This document shows, one piece after another, positions 41,096 to 53,281 of a DNA stretch of 64,000 nt. The notes under the pieces were generated by a model, which was not told the origin of the DNA, made no database searches, and saw nothing but the letters and a program-made list of their open reading frames with translations. The stretch is from Octopus vulgaris (taxonomy: Eukaryota), in assembly GCA_951406725.2 (NCBI GenBank), contig OX597816.1, positions 153,140,001 through 153,204,000 on the forward strand, written 5' to 3'. The position numbers and the translations under genes were made by a program. Position 1 is the stretch's first letter; every line of letters begins with the position of its first letter.

Positions 41096-41097
<2 letters not shown>
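39850..41097 (-). mobile_element. 5'-truncated Penelope-like element (GIY-YIG endonuclease plus 3' pLTR), Naiad-like, between (TA)n tracts
   Basis: NRHTVKVTY..., CSCREKSKCP, LLYKCTV...YIYIGQT..SFKNRY.NH..SF; the same frame continues WSIV...CRLCSE...IINRISE..SRCLH to a stop at 40409-40411. Confidence 0.9.
39887..39992 (-). ncRNA. Type I hammerhead ribozyme motif with extended stem II
   Basis: ATCAC-CCGAAGA-GACACATCT[59 nt]AGATGTGTT-GAAA-CAATTG-TC-ATGAT; palindromic stem III ACAATTGT. Confidence 0.8.
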
Positions 41098-41154
<57 letters not shown>

Positions 41155-41156
<2 letters not shown>

Positions 41157-41355
41157 GCCATGATAGATCACTAGCCATTACACATTCTTTATTTTCTCTC
41201 TTTGTTTCTTTCTGTGTTCCTTTCTGTGGAAGAGCGTCGGCTTGAAACGTTAAAGACTTTTCCACTTCCCGAGCGTTAAACTAATACATCTGTTTGTTGT
41301 CTATACCACCTGTCTTCGTCTTTTGTTTTTTGTTTGTGAATTCTCCCTCCTCCCC
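41155..41355 (+). mobile_element. ~200-bp element between (TA)n tracts with a hammerhead-like motif (41220-41255)
   Basis: CTTT-CTGTGGA-A-GAGC GTCG GCTT-GAAA-CG-TT-AAAG. Confidence 0.65.
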
Positions 41356-41439
41356 TATATATATATATATGCATGCACACATACACACACATCCTTAGTT
41401 TGTTACATGAATTAGTCGCGTAGACCTTTCTCTTTCCAG

Positions 41440-42130
41440 TTACTTGTTTTGTTTTTTCCTCTGTTCTTGTAAAATCCTACTGTTTTAGTAATTTTGAGGG
41501 ACATTTCTAAACTTCGATAATTTTTCTTCACTGCATACATCATTGCTTTTCAAACACTATATCGCAGTACTAAAGGTGTCTTCTGCGTTTAGCAATCGTC
41601 TGCCTCCTCCCTTCCGTGATAGGTAGTTCCTGTCAATATTACTACTCTTAGAGTGATGTACATCGTGTCTCGTGAGCAGTTTTCTTGTTCTTCTATCTAA
41701 GTGCTGTAGTTCTATATTTGTCCGTTTTAGAAAATGAGTAGAGTATATTAACGCTGGCATGACCCATGTATTCATTGTTTTGTTAAAATTCCCTATTTAA
41801 TTTTGTTTTGAAAATCTTCCTAATTCTTGTCGTCTTTGGAGAATTTCTCTCTAGTTTCTCTTTCTATTATCATATCTTCGCTTGGTAGAATCCCTAAGTA
41901 CTTGGATCTCTCATTTTTTCTCGGCGATCTAATGGTATAATCTTGTAATTTTATACCATTCTCTCTCCATACTTAACATTCTGATTTCCTGGCTAAACAT
42001 TCTTACTGTTTGGATTAGAGAATTCAAATCCTTTTTAATTTTTGTATACAGTTTGAGGTCATCCATATAAAACGGGATTATTTTCACCTTGATTTTGGTA
42101 AACACGTAGGCAGGCCTGTATTTTCTGGAT
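41440..42130 (-). pseudogene. Decayed R4/Dong-like RT fragment
   Basis: FYMDDLKLYTK (about 42041-42072), KYLG, LDRRTRKLLT..HHSKS.IDRNYLSRKGGGR. Confidence 0.85.
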
Positions 42131-43992
42131 TGTTGTTATTATTACTTGATAGAACATCAAGCAAAATGTTTTGCAGTTTCCTGCTAATATCCTTTTCCTT
42201 CTTCCTTCAGGCGTTGATAAAATACCACTGAGTATTAGGATGGAATTAGTTGTCTAACTCCACTCCTGAAAACTTCAGCTTTTACGTTTATATTTGAAAT
42301 GATTATAATTATTATTGGATGAAAGAACTGGTACATCGATGGACAAAATACCTTGCGATTTTCATTATCTTCCTTTATGCTTTGAGTTTAAATCATGCCA
42401 CGGTAAATTTAGCTTTCATTCTTCAGGGTGACCTGAAAATAAGCACCAGTTGAGAGTAATAAATTGATATAGATTGAACTGAGTGTAAATCTTCCTAAAA
42501 TTAATGATTTTGTGTTTTAGCTTTAGATTATTATTACCATTATGAAAATCATTTTCCAACTGAAGACACCTGTTAAATACGTAGGTTGATTGAAATGGCT
42601 GTACCTCTCCCCCCCCTCAATTTACGATATCGAACTAATGTTAATGATCAATAATATTATCCAACTCATGGCGTACATGCATGTGTCAATTTCTTAGTAT
42701 GATAAGTTGATTTTATAGATAAAAATCGAACAAACATGATGTATTAATCTAATTTCAATAGAACGCTTGCTACATTTTGCAATAAAACAGAAGAAATAAA
42801 AATAAAAATAACACTTCTTGATTGTTGAAGCAGTAGCAAGAAACTGTCTGAATATGTGTATCAAGCTGTGAGTCCAGGAATCGAGTGTCAGAAAATGGCA
42901 CTTTTCTTTAAAGAGTAGTAAGTAAAATAATTGAAATTGTGCTCAGTCGGAAGTTGGACGACGAACATGTCGTTATTACTCGGAAATGCATTTTACTGAC
43001 TACTCTTATGTTAATATTCTCTGTCAGTAGATACTTAACACTATTTTCTTTGGACTTCACGCTTATAGTAACAATCAATAATTTCTATATAAATAGTTTA
43101 TTCATATGCATTCCAACATAAATACGGCCTTTTCGTATCTTTAGAGCGCCTCGTTACAGAAACTGCTTTGCGTACATAGCTTACACATTTAACTCTTTAG
43201 ACCCACTAGCTTCAAAGAAATATTCTAGTTAGTCACAACTCTTGGGGGTGTTAGCTTGCTTACGATCGTGATCTCAAAAACCTTTCACGAAAATAAAGGG
43301 AGCTTATTATCACTAAGGCAGAGAATTAGTAGAAGTAGTATAGCGCTGGACAAAATACCTTCTGTTATCTTGTTACATCCATTCCAATCTAATTCAATTT
43401 CCACCAAAATCACTGTTGATTTTTTTTTGTTTTTGTTTTTTGAAGTTGATAGAATAAATTCCAGTTGATCTAATCAATAGCACTCATACAGAAAATATGC
43501 GAAGAGTGGATGGTACCTCTCTAAGTGTAGACCCGTGAGTCGAAGAGAAGGAATTGGAGCAGACACTTGCTCTAGGGATTTCAGGGAAATCTCGGACAGT
43601 GGGGATCCTTGATTATCCCTAGAGTCCTTTCTGTATCAGGAGGGCCACATCTCTATCTCCCCCCTCCCCCACCGCCGACACTCTTTTAACAGTGAATTGG
43701 CTGGAAATCATTACCATAATTATATTATTACTATAAGGCTGAGGGGTCCTAATATTGTCTCCTCTGATTTCTTTAGACAACAAATGATGGCACATTTACG
43801 ACTGTGGGTTTAACTGCTGCTGATGTTGCGGCGCTAAATAGAGGAGCGGGCTTGTATCTACTAAAACAGACTGTTTGATTGGGCTGCTACTTGATATGGC
43901 TAGCAGTCGATTAAGTTTGGGTGCGAGGGGATTTTTGAGAGTAGCGTCGGCAAGTTGTGACTACCATAGCTAAGATATGTTTATAAACAAGA

Positions 43993-44679
43993 CTAGATTA
44001 AAGTGACCCGCTCTACGCGCGGGTGAGGGTGTGGTTGTTACTTTCTGTTGCTTCCTTCCTGTTTCTTAAATCTTGCCTTAATTTTCAAAAATTCGAACCC
44101 ATTTTCCGCGCTTAAATTACAAATCTGCTTCCACTTTACCATGTTGAAAATTTGATTGAAATCGGGCAAAAGGTGTCCGATCTAGACCCCCAAGTGTCCC
44201 CAAAAATCAATAAAATCCCCGTTTTCACTGCAAAGCAACTACTGTAGCGCTCCAAAACGTCTCCCAATCAATTTCTCATTTCAGGTTACCCCCTCCTGTA
44301 AATTTTAATCCCCTTCCAGCTCCATTTAGACCCCTTTTTACATAAAGATCCAATTTGTATCAACGTTCGCTTTCTTCATTTTATAGATTAGATTAAAGAT
44401 AACCGCCTCTAGCCCCTGCAGCAACACGAAAAGCCAACATTATCCAAACAGCGCAACCTGTCTATCCCATAAAACTCAGTTTTTCCCATATTCCTCACCA
44501 TGGCAACCAAACGGCAACCCCTAGCGACTTGCAACCCTCCTCACACCATTGCCCACCCCTTTTACCCCCAGTGCAAATTTTGGCGCCAATCCGACTCCAT
44601 CTACCGTTCCCATCCCAAAATGAGACAAACAACCAAGAAATCAAACAACTTTTTCGCATTTCAACTTTATAGATATTGA
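43993..44679 (-). mobile_element. Non-autonomous Helitron
   Basis: Minus strand starts A|TC and ends with hairpin ACCCGC-GCGTAGA-GCGGGT, 9 nt, then CTAG|T; no TSD. Confidence 0.75.
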
Positions 44680-44804
44680 TTATATATATAATCAAATATA
44701 TATGTATACACATTATATATGTATTTATATACACACATATATATAAAAATTAACACAATATATCTGATTAAGGATATCTGTTATGATTGTGCGGTAGTGG
44801 TGGG

Positions 44805-45858
44805 CGATAATTAACAACCATGTATCCATTACATGGAGACCTCCATCCTAAGGGTGACACTGATAGGCTGTACTTATCCAGAAGAAAGGGTGGAAGAGAT
44901 TCGATCAGTTGCCAGGAGTGTATCAAAGCAGATGTAAACAACTTAGGGTGGTGTATAAAAAATGCTGTGGAGCCATTTCTCTTTCTCTTTTCTCTTTTAC
45001 TTGTTTCAGTCATTTGACTGCGGCCATGCTGGAGCACCGCCTTTAATCGAGCAACTCGACCCCGGGACTTATTCTTTGTAAGCCTAGTACTTATTCTATC
45101 GGTCTCTTTTGACGAACCGCTTGGTGACGGGGACATAAACACACCAGCATTGGTTGTCAAGCGATGTTAGATGGGACAAACACAGACACACAAACATACA
45201 CGCACACACACATATATATATAGATATATATACATATATACGACGGGGTTCTTTCAGTTTCCGTCTACCAAATCCACTCACAAGGCTTTGGTCGGCCCGA
45301 GGCTATAGTAGAAGACACTTGTCCAAGGTGCCACGCAGTGGGACTGAACCCGGAACCATGTGACGAAGAAGATTGGCGTTATCAAAACTGAGAATTGTGT
45401 AATGAAAGAAAAATTTAAAGAAGAAATGAATACAAAAAAAAAAAAAGAAATGGTATAGAAGGAGAGAAAACTGTACGGTCAGTTTGCAAGAGATGCGAAC
45501 GCTTAGACAGATACTGAAGACCGGAGGCTATGGATGAGGTGGAGTGACCTGAAGACAGAGACAGAAGCACTCATATGCACAGCTCAGCAACAGGCACTAA
45601 GGACCAACAATGTGAAGGGCAGAATAGACAATGCTACTGATAGCGACAAATGCAGAATGTGTGGTGAGAGGAGTGAAACGGTTTGGCACATCTTTAGCGA
45701 ATGCCCGAAATTGGCACAACGTGAATATAAAAGATGGCATGACAATGTGACAAGAATGATCCATTGGGAACTTTGTGAACATTATAACCAACAAAGAGGA
45801 AAGACAAGGTATGAGCAAACCCCAGAAGGAGTCACCGAGAATGATAATTGTAAAAAAG
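44805..45858 (+). pseudogene. Old R4/Dong-like fragment X, split by a SINE
   Basis: LHPKGDTDRLYLSRRKGGR..., resuming after 45362: ETEALICTAQQQALRTN...CRMCGERSETVWHIFSEC...WHDNV. Confidence 0.85.
44975..45362 (-). mobile_element. tRNA-derived SINE family B with internal (TA)/(TG) microsatellite, head truncated
   Basis: B box GGTTCAGTCCC, CTTGGACAAGTGTCTT CORE-like motif, (AAAGAG)-type tail; further copies in the window. Confidence 0.85.
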
Positions 45859-46890
45859 AAATGGAAAGAAAAATCACTCCATGGCCAATACCTGCAAGGG
45901 TTGACAGAGGAGAAGTAAGCCTAAGTAAAAGCCAACAACTGCTCAAAAGTTCTGGACTAAAATCAGAAACGGAATGACTGATTCTTGCTGCACAAGACAA
46001 ATGCCTAACCACAAACAACTATAAAAGCAAAATAATGAAAACAGGCTCTAACACCAAACGCAGCCAGCACGATGAGACAGTCGACCACATCTTCTCTGGC
46101 TGTCCAGTTCTTGCTAAATCTGAATATATATACAGACGTGACCGAGTAAATAGTTATATCTACTGGACAATATGCCAACTCTACAACATAAAAACTAACA
46201 AGAAATGGTATAAACATGTACCAAACAAGGTACACGACAACGATCAGGCTACAATCATTTGAGATATGCCAGCCTATTCAAATTGACAAAGAAACAAAAG
46301 CTAATATCTGAGATATAATAATCAAAGTTTGCAGAAGTGGAGAAGTTGTCAAAGTACAAAGTACATGAAATTGAAATATTCAAGATGTGGGGGTATGAAG
46401 GTGAAAACAATACCAATAATAATTGGAGCATTGGGTACGATAAAAAAGCATATGAACAAAAACGTAGAAAATATACCTGGACCATCAACTCTGCACACTA
46501 CCGAAAAAAGTAGTCCACATCCTATGCAAGATACTATCAATTCAACAATACAATCCAAACAAAACAATCCACAAACACAAAACACACTATACAGTAAATA
46601 TCCAATAAAATAAGCAAAAGCCACAACAGGTACTCTACAGGCCGAATACCCGTCAGAAGAACACAACTAGCATTACACACACAATTCACAAAGCACACAA
46701 TACAAACACAAATACGACAAAATACTGCAACTAGACCCATGAAAGACAAAATGATGCAATACAATACCGGGAAGAGTTTGCGCTCCCCCAACAATAAAGA
46801 TAGAATAAACAATGCTGCCCACATCCCAGCAACAAGGAGGTGTAGTAGGTAATGCAGTGGAAATCTGCCTGAAACTATCAAATGCTGAAT
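45859..46890 (+). pseudogene. Old R4/Dong-like fragment Y (C-terminus plus 3' UTR)
   Basis: KWKEKSLHGQY, SSGLKSETE*LILAAQD, ETVDHIFSGC, TIPIIIGALGTI; ends in a degenerate (TAA)/(TAAAA) run. Confidence 0.85.
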
Positions 46891-46919
46891 AATAATTAAA
46901 ATAAAATAAAATAAGAAAA

Positions 46920-47431
46920 AAAAGTGCCCTGATGCAGTACCAGACACAGGCCCTCATAGCTTTTCATCTTAACTGATTGGAAGTGCTATCATGTACATGT
47001 TTTGTCTGGTATAAAAAAGATGGGCCACAGCAAATATTCTGCTCAATACCACAGATTTGCTTGTCAATTGCTTGACCTTAAGTAGTTGAGCATGTTCCTT
47101 CGTGACTGACGATATGTGCATTTCTGATCACGAGCAGAAGTAGTGGAGGAACATCAAAGCCATGTATTGAGAGGAATTATTTAAGTTTGAATAATTCCCC
47201 TATGGAAACATTCAGGGACCTTTTGAGTTGGATGGGCAACTCGATCTGAAAAAAATTCTAACTGGGCCCCACCTGGAAGGTCATGCGCTGTTTATCATGA
47301 TATGAGATCATCATGTCGCGCACATATGGTTGTGATGCATGTGCCTGGTGTACCCTTATCAGACGGGTAGTCATGATGGGTATATTTGTATACCGGTGTC
47401 ACTTTGATAGCATGTGCTGCTCTCTTACTCA
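46920..47431. mobile_element. ~510-bp non-coding element bounded by TAA-type tracts
   Basis: Sharp composition change between a degenerate TAA run and (TAA)27; no ORF; resembles a high-copy octopus repeat from memory (unverified). Confidence 0.55.
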
Positions 47432-47434
47432 ATG

Positions 47435-47435
<1 letters not shown>

Positions 47436-47516
<81 letters not shown>
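47436..47516. repeat. (TAA)27, left part of the Dong target
   Basis: Directly visible. Confidence 0.97.
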
Positions 47517-47517
<1 letters not shown>

Positions 47518-47522
47518 GATAA

Positions 47523-49768
47523 GGTAAAGATAAGGTGCCGAATTTCTGGCTCGCATCGCTCCCATGCGCACACGGTAAGCTAGTTCAGCTGCTCAATGGA
47601 ATTATGAGAGACCCAAAGAAAACACCTGAATGGTTAGCAAGCGGCATTACTTACCTACTCCCAAAGAATAACGAAACCAACCTTCCAAAAAACTATCGGC
47701 CTATAACCTGTCTATCCACCACGTATAAAATCCTAACATCTATCCTGGCGGAGAAAACATATGCATTCATGGAGAAGAACGATATTTTCCCCATTGAACA
47801 AAAAGGGTGCCGCCGAGGCTCTTACGGATGCAAAGATCAACTGCTAATCAATCGTATGATCCTTGAGAACTGTCACAACAAGCGCAGAAATCTCAGCACC
47901 GCATGGATTGACTATAAAAAGGCCTTCGACAGTATACCGCATCCATGGATCTTGAGATCGCTGGACATCTTCAAAATTTCCCCTGTGATTTCAAACTTCC
48001 TGAAGCACAATATGTCGTTGTGGAATACGAATCTCCAATTATACCACTCTAATGGAGTACTTGCCTCAGAAAATATAAACATCAACTGTGGAATTTTTCA
48101 AGGTGACTCACTTTCACCTTTAATATTCTGCATAGCCCTAATACCCCTTACAAGTGAATTAAACAGAACAGGGTATGGGTATAAAATTGCCAATAAAAAA
48201 AAAGCCATCTATTTTATATGGATGACTTAAAACTTTATGGTAAAGACAATAATGAACTTGAAGGCCTATTGCGTACCGTGAAAGCATTCAGCGATGACAT
48301 CGGGATGGAGTTTGGACTTGAGAAGTGTGCCAAGGCCACTTTCCAGAAAGGGAAAGTGAAGACCACAAATTCAGTCGTGTTAGATGTTGACACAGTCATA
48401 AGAGAGCTTGAGCAAGAACAAACATACACATATTTAGGGATAAATGAAGGCTCTGGTATTCAGCATGCAAGCATGAAAGAGAAACTCAGGAAGGAATGTT
48501 ATAGGAGAGTTCGTGCAGTCCTGAAATCTGAACTAAATGCACGTAACAAGGTGTTAGCTATAAATTCCTTAGCAGTTCCAGTTGTTACTTATAGCTACAA
48601 TGTGTTGAACTGGAATATGAGTGAAGTAAAGAATATAGATAGGAAAATACGCAAGCTGCTGAGTTGTAATAGGATGCACCACCCAAAGGCAGACGTAGAT
48701 CGCCTTTACCTTCCCAGAGCCCAAGGAGGTCGAGGCCTGATCCAATTTGAACTAGCTTACAAAACAACCACAATTGGACTGGCCAAATATCTCGAAATAT
48801 CGAATGACTGGATGCTAAAGCTCGTGGAAAATCACGAGAGACGAAAGAAGCTTCATTCTATAATAAAGGAAAGCAAAAAATTTGCTACTGATCTCGTGCA
48901 GGATACCCAAACTGAACAGCCCGAGGGAAGTACGGCAACTATTGTTGCAAAGAAGGTGAAAATGATGGCAATGAAAAAAGCGCACGAGCAATTGGCTGAT
49001 AGGTGGGAGGAGAAACCTCTGCACGGCAAATATGTGACCCGCAGCAAACAAGCTGACGTTGACCAGAAGCAAACCCATCAGTGGCTACGGAGCTCAGGGC
49101 TAAAAGCAGAGAGCGAAGGTTTCATCCTGGCTGCTCAAGATCAAAGCCTATTAACCCGGAACTACCAGGCCAATGTGATGAAAAATGGAGCAGACCCAAA
49201 ATGCCGATTCTGCAACGACATGATTGAAACAGTGGACCACCTAATCTCTGGATGTAAAGTCTTAGCACCAGTGGAGTATAAATTAAGACATGACAAAGTT
49301 GGCCAATATCTCCACTGGCTAATAAGTCGGCATTACAATATCAAAACTGCCGACAAGTGGTATAATCACCACCCTGAGGCTGTAACTGAAGGAGAAAATG
49401 TAACCATTCTGTGGGACTTTCCAGTACATACAGACCGAACCATCAAGGCCAATAAACCAGATATTGTTGTGAAAGACCAAAACAATAAAGTTTGCTTATT
49501 GATCGACATGAGCATCCCCTGTGATCATAATATCTCAGCGAAAGAGTTTGACAAGCTCAGAAAATATAAAGACCTACTCATTGAAATTGAGAAAATGTGG
49601 CATCTCAAGGCGGTTACAATACCAGTGATCGTAGGAGCACTAGGAATGATCAAGAAGGGAACCGAAAATTATATGAGAATGATCCCTGGCTTACCATCCC
49701 TGAAAGAAGTGCAAAAGATTGTCTTAACTGGTACATCACACGTATTGAGAAGAGCATTGTCGATGTGA
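47523..49768 (+). pseudogene. Reverse transcriptase / zinc knuckle / restriction-like endonuclease ORF with one frameshift at the A9 run 48195-48203
   Basis: NYRPITCL, EQKGC, WIDYKKAFDS, GIFQGDSLSP, (HLF)YMDD, YLG, CRFC..ETVDHLISGC, RHD, KPDIVV..LIDMSIP..K..KY; no internal stops. Confidence 0.93.
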
Positions 49769-49935
49769 GAACTGTTGCTGCTCATGTATTTTAATTTAAC
49801 TTAAAAAAAAAAAAAAAATGAACGAACTACTGAGTTTGGTTTAATGGCCTACCAATGTATACTATGAGTTTCTTTGCCCTAGGAGTCGGGAAGACACCCG
49901 GCAAGAAATGGAAATCAAATTTGAAAGAAGAAGAA
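47523..49935 (+). mobile_element. Young 5'-truncated R4/Dong-clade non-LTR retrotransposon inserted in (TAA)n
   Basis: RT, CCHC and RLE domains, ~165-bp 3' UTR, (TAA)n on both sides; Dong elements are known to target TAA repeats. Confidence 0.93.
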
Positions 49936-49953
49936 AAATAATAATAATAATAA

Positions 49954-50372
49954 TCCTTTCTGCTAAAGGCACATGGTCTGAAATTTTTCGGGAAGGGACT
50001 AATCGACTACATCAACCCAGTGTTTCACTGGTACTCAATTTATTGACCCCGGGTACTCAATTTATCGACCCCAAAAGGATTAAAGGCAAATTCGACCTCA
50101 GCGGGATTTGAACTCAGAAAGTAGCGGCAGACGAAATACTTATTTCTTTACCACCCACAAAGGGCTAAACACAGAGGGGACCAACAAGGACAGACAAACG
50201 GATTAAGTCGATTATATCAACCGCAGTGCGTAACTGGTACTTATTTAATCGACCCCAAAAGGATGAAAGGCAAAGTCGACCTCGGTGGAATTTGAACTCA
50301 GAACGTAACGGCAGATGAAATACGGCTACGCATTTCGCCCGGCGTGCTAACGATTCTGCCAGCTCGCCGCCT
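49954..50372 (-). mobile_element. SINE family A dimer (head + body A + headless body B) whose (TTA)n tail abuts the Dong 3' end
   Basis: Intact head at about 50320-50372; dimer junction near 50140. Confidence 0.9.
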
Positions 50373-50433
50373 TATAAAAGTATCATTATAATAACCACAG
50401 AACGTTACTGATTTATGTGTATCGTGTGTGTGT

Positions 50434-50467
<34 letters not shown>

Positions 50468-50569
50468 TTGCCTGCGTGCGTGCACTTATGTCTGTTGCAG
50501 CATTGTTATGTCTGAATAAGGTGTTTTGTTTGCTTTTTTAGCCTTGATCTATTTTTCATAACTAAGATA

Positions 50570-50740
50570 TATTAAAGGGATATTGAATTGACCCTAGTAC
50601 TTGACTAATACTTCATTTTATTGACCTCAGAGAGGTGAAAGGCAATGTTGATCTCAATGAGATTTGAAAACAGAATGTAAATGGCCCTGACGAAATATCG
50701 CCGGCATTTTCTATGACGCTTTAACGGTGCAAAATCAACT
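50570..50740 (-). mobile_element. Diverged SINE family A
   Basis: GACCCTAGTACTTGACT..TGAAAGGCAA..GATTTGAA motifs. Confidence 0.6.
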
Positions 50741-51559
50741 CTGATAAAAGGTTTTACGATCACGATCATTCCATCGTTCTTTTTTTTTTTTTTCATTTTT
50801 TTTTGTCAGTGTATCCAGGATTATATTACCCAACTCACCTTTTTAAGATAGCAGAGAATGAATTCAAAAAGATATTTGATCTCTATTTCTAGCAAGTCCT
50901 TTGATCAGGCAGAGGCTTCTTCATGAGTGTAACTTTGTTGTTCTGTGTAGTTAACTGGTGCGTATGATAAATCGACCCTAATGTAACATTGCTACCTATT
51001 CTATTGAGCTCAGATTATTGAAAACTATTGTGAAATTGATGGAAATTAAACTAAGGAAGTGGAAGCACTAAACTAGATTGTATATTATAGTATAATGTTG
51101 TTGTTGTTGTTGTTGTTGTTGTTGTGGTGGTGGTGATGGTGGTGATGGTGATGGTGGTTGTAGTGGCATGGTGGTTTCTTGTTAGGTACCAGGATTCCTG
51201 ATCGGGAAAACGTATGGTAGGTATTCCAACTATAACCATACCGTTCTTTTTGTATCGGTGACTGCATTTATCAAAGGGGTACTGTGCATTTTTTGGGGGT
51301 TTCTTTGGTTTTTTTAAAGTTGTTTCAATAGAATTTTCAGGAGGATTTTGAAATAACATCTAAAAAGTGGGGTGACTGCATAGAGTTTTGGTTTTATTTT
51401 TCTGAACACAGTACTTTTTTGTCTAGATCAGTTTCAGGAATGAAAATATTAACTTGCTTGTTTATTTGAAGCAAATTTGGATTGAGAAATTAATTGTATG
51501 AAACTGTGACAATAATGTCAAGTTTTGAGTTCAGAAGTTTAATGTCCATATGCATATAT

Positions 51560-51624
51560 ACGTGAGTGTGTGTGTGTATGTATGTATATGACAATATGTA
51601 CACATATAAGTATGCGCGTATATG

Positions 51625-51700
<76 letters not shown>

Positions 51701-51884
51701 AAATATTCATATGCATACATGAATGCCTGCGAACATTTAGATGCATACAAATATATACATATATATGTATACACAAGTGCGCGCACACGCCTACACGCAC
51801 ACAACTTGTAACACAGAATTCTTAGAAGTAATACATTTTATATTTATATATATGTATATTTGTTTATGTGGAAGAGTATATATG

Positions 51885-51963
<79 letters not shown>

Positions 51964-51971
51964 GTGTGTGG

Positions 51972-52017
<46 letters not shown>

Positions 52018-52020
52018 GCA
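51560..52020. repeat. (CA)/(TA)/(TG)/(CT) microsatellite cluster
   Basis: Directly visible. Confidence 0.9.
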
Positions 52021-52358
52021 CTTGCATATGATTTTTGTATACATATGTACGTATATAATATATTTATAGACAAACTTTTGTACATTGACTTATTTGTGCG
52101 AGTGTATATATATAATGAGTGAATAATCAAATAAATGAATAATGAATGAATAAATGAATAAATAAAATGACAACGAATTGAATGGAAGTTCCAAAATAAG
52201 AATGTAAAGCCATAATGAGTTCAGATGAGTTGACCTGCTAAGTAAGAATACATACAATGAGATGCAAATTTCTAGAAATCTCTGTGATCACGAGGTTAAA
52301 GCTGAACAACAAATCTATTTTATCCTGTTGCCAGTTCGCTTTCTCTGCTTTTTTATCT

Positions 52359-52396
<38 letters not shown>

Positions 52397-53281
52397 TTCC
52401 TTCCTTTCTTTCTGCTTTTCATTCATGCTGTTGCCTTCTCTTCTACTTAAATACATTCGCGCACACATTCAGTCATACACATACAAAATATGTGCATATA
52501 AGTAAGCGTGTATATTACGCACACACGTGAACGCACGCACAAATACTCACACACCTCTGTTATCCCTGTCTTTCTCCTTCTTTGACTCTCCCTCTCTCAC
52601 TCTCTCACCCTCACCTCCCTCACTCCCTCTCTCTCCTTCTCTCTCTCTCTCTCCTTCTCTCTCTCTCTCGTGACAGTTAATTATAAAAGTGTTTTTGTTT
52701 GAACTTTCATTGAATCACTTTTGAAAATAATTCAACTTCATATACTTTGTGAAACACGTTTTTCATGTTGCATTCCTTAACTTAATTGCATACAGTTTTT
52801 GAAAATAGACATGAAATATAGAATATGTGACTATCTTCAACGATATGTAAATTTCGATTAGACTTAGAAAGTATTAAAACTTTCAATAGACTAATATTGG
52901 ATGCAACTGTTTCCTAGATATATCCATCGTAACAATGCTGACGAAACATGTACGACTTGTTGAGAATTGAAAAGAGACAAAGCACAAATGTTCATTCAAT
53001 AGTGACAGGCAGCATATTAACGTCAACTTCCTGGAATATTTAGAACCAACTTGGATAAATAATGTAAAATAACAAAAAAGATTGTATAAGCTGTGCAGCA
53101 TGTTACAATTTGTTTTAACTTTGATCCATCAGATTTGAGGCGCAATTTTAAAGTTTTCAACAATTTCTTTTCAGTATATTGTCTCTTTACATGCTTATTT
53201 ATTATTATTACAAACATTCAAGGCAATTATTTAAAGGAATGAGAGATAGAATAATTTGTTATTCTTCTTGTCGTCAAGCAC

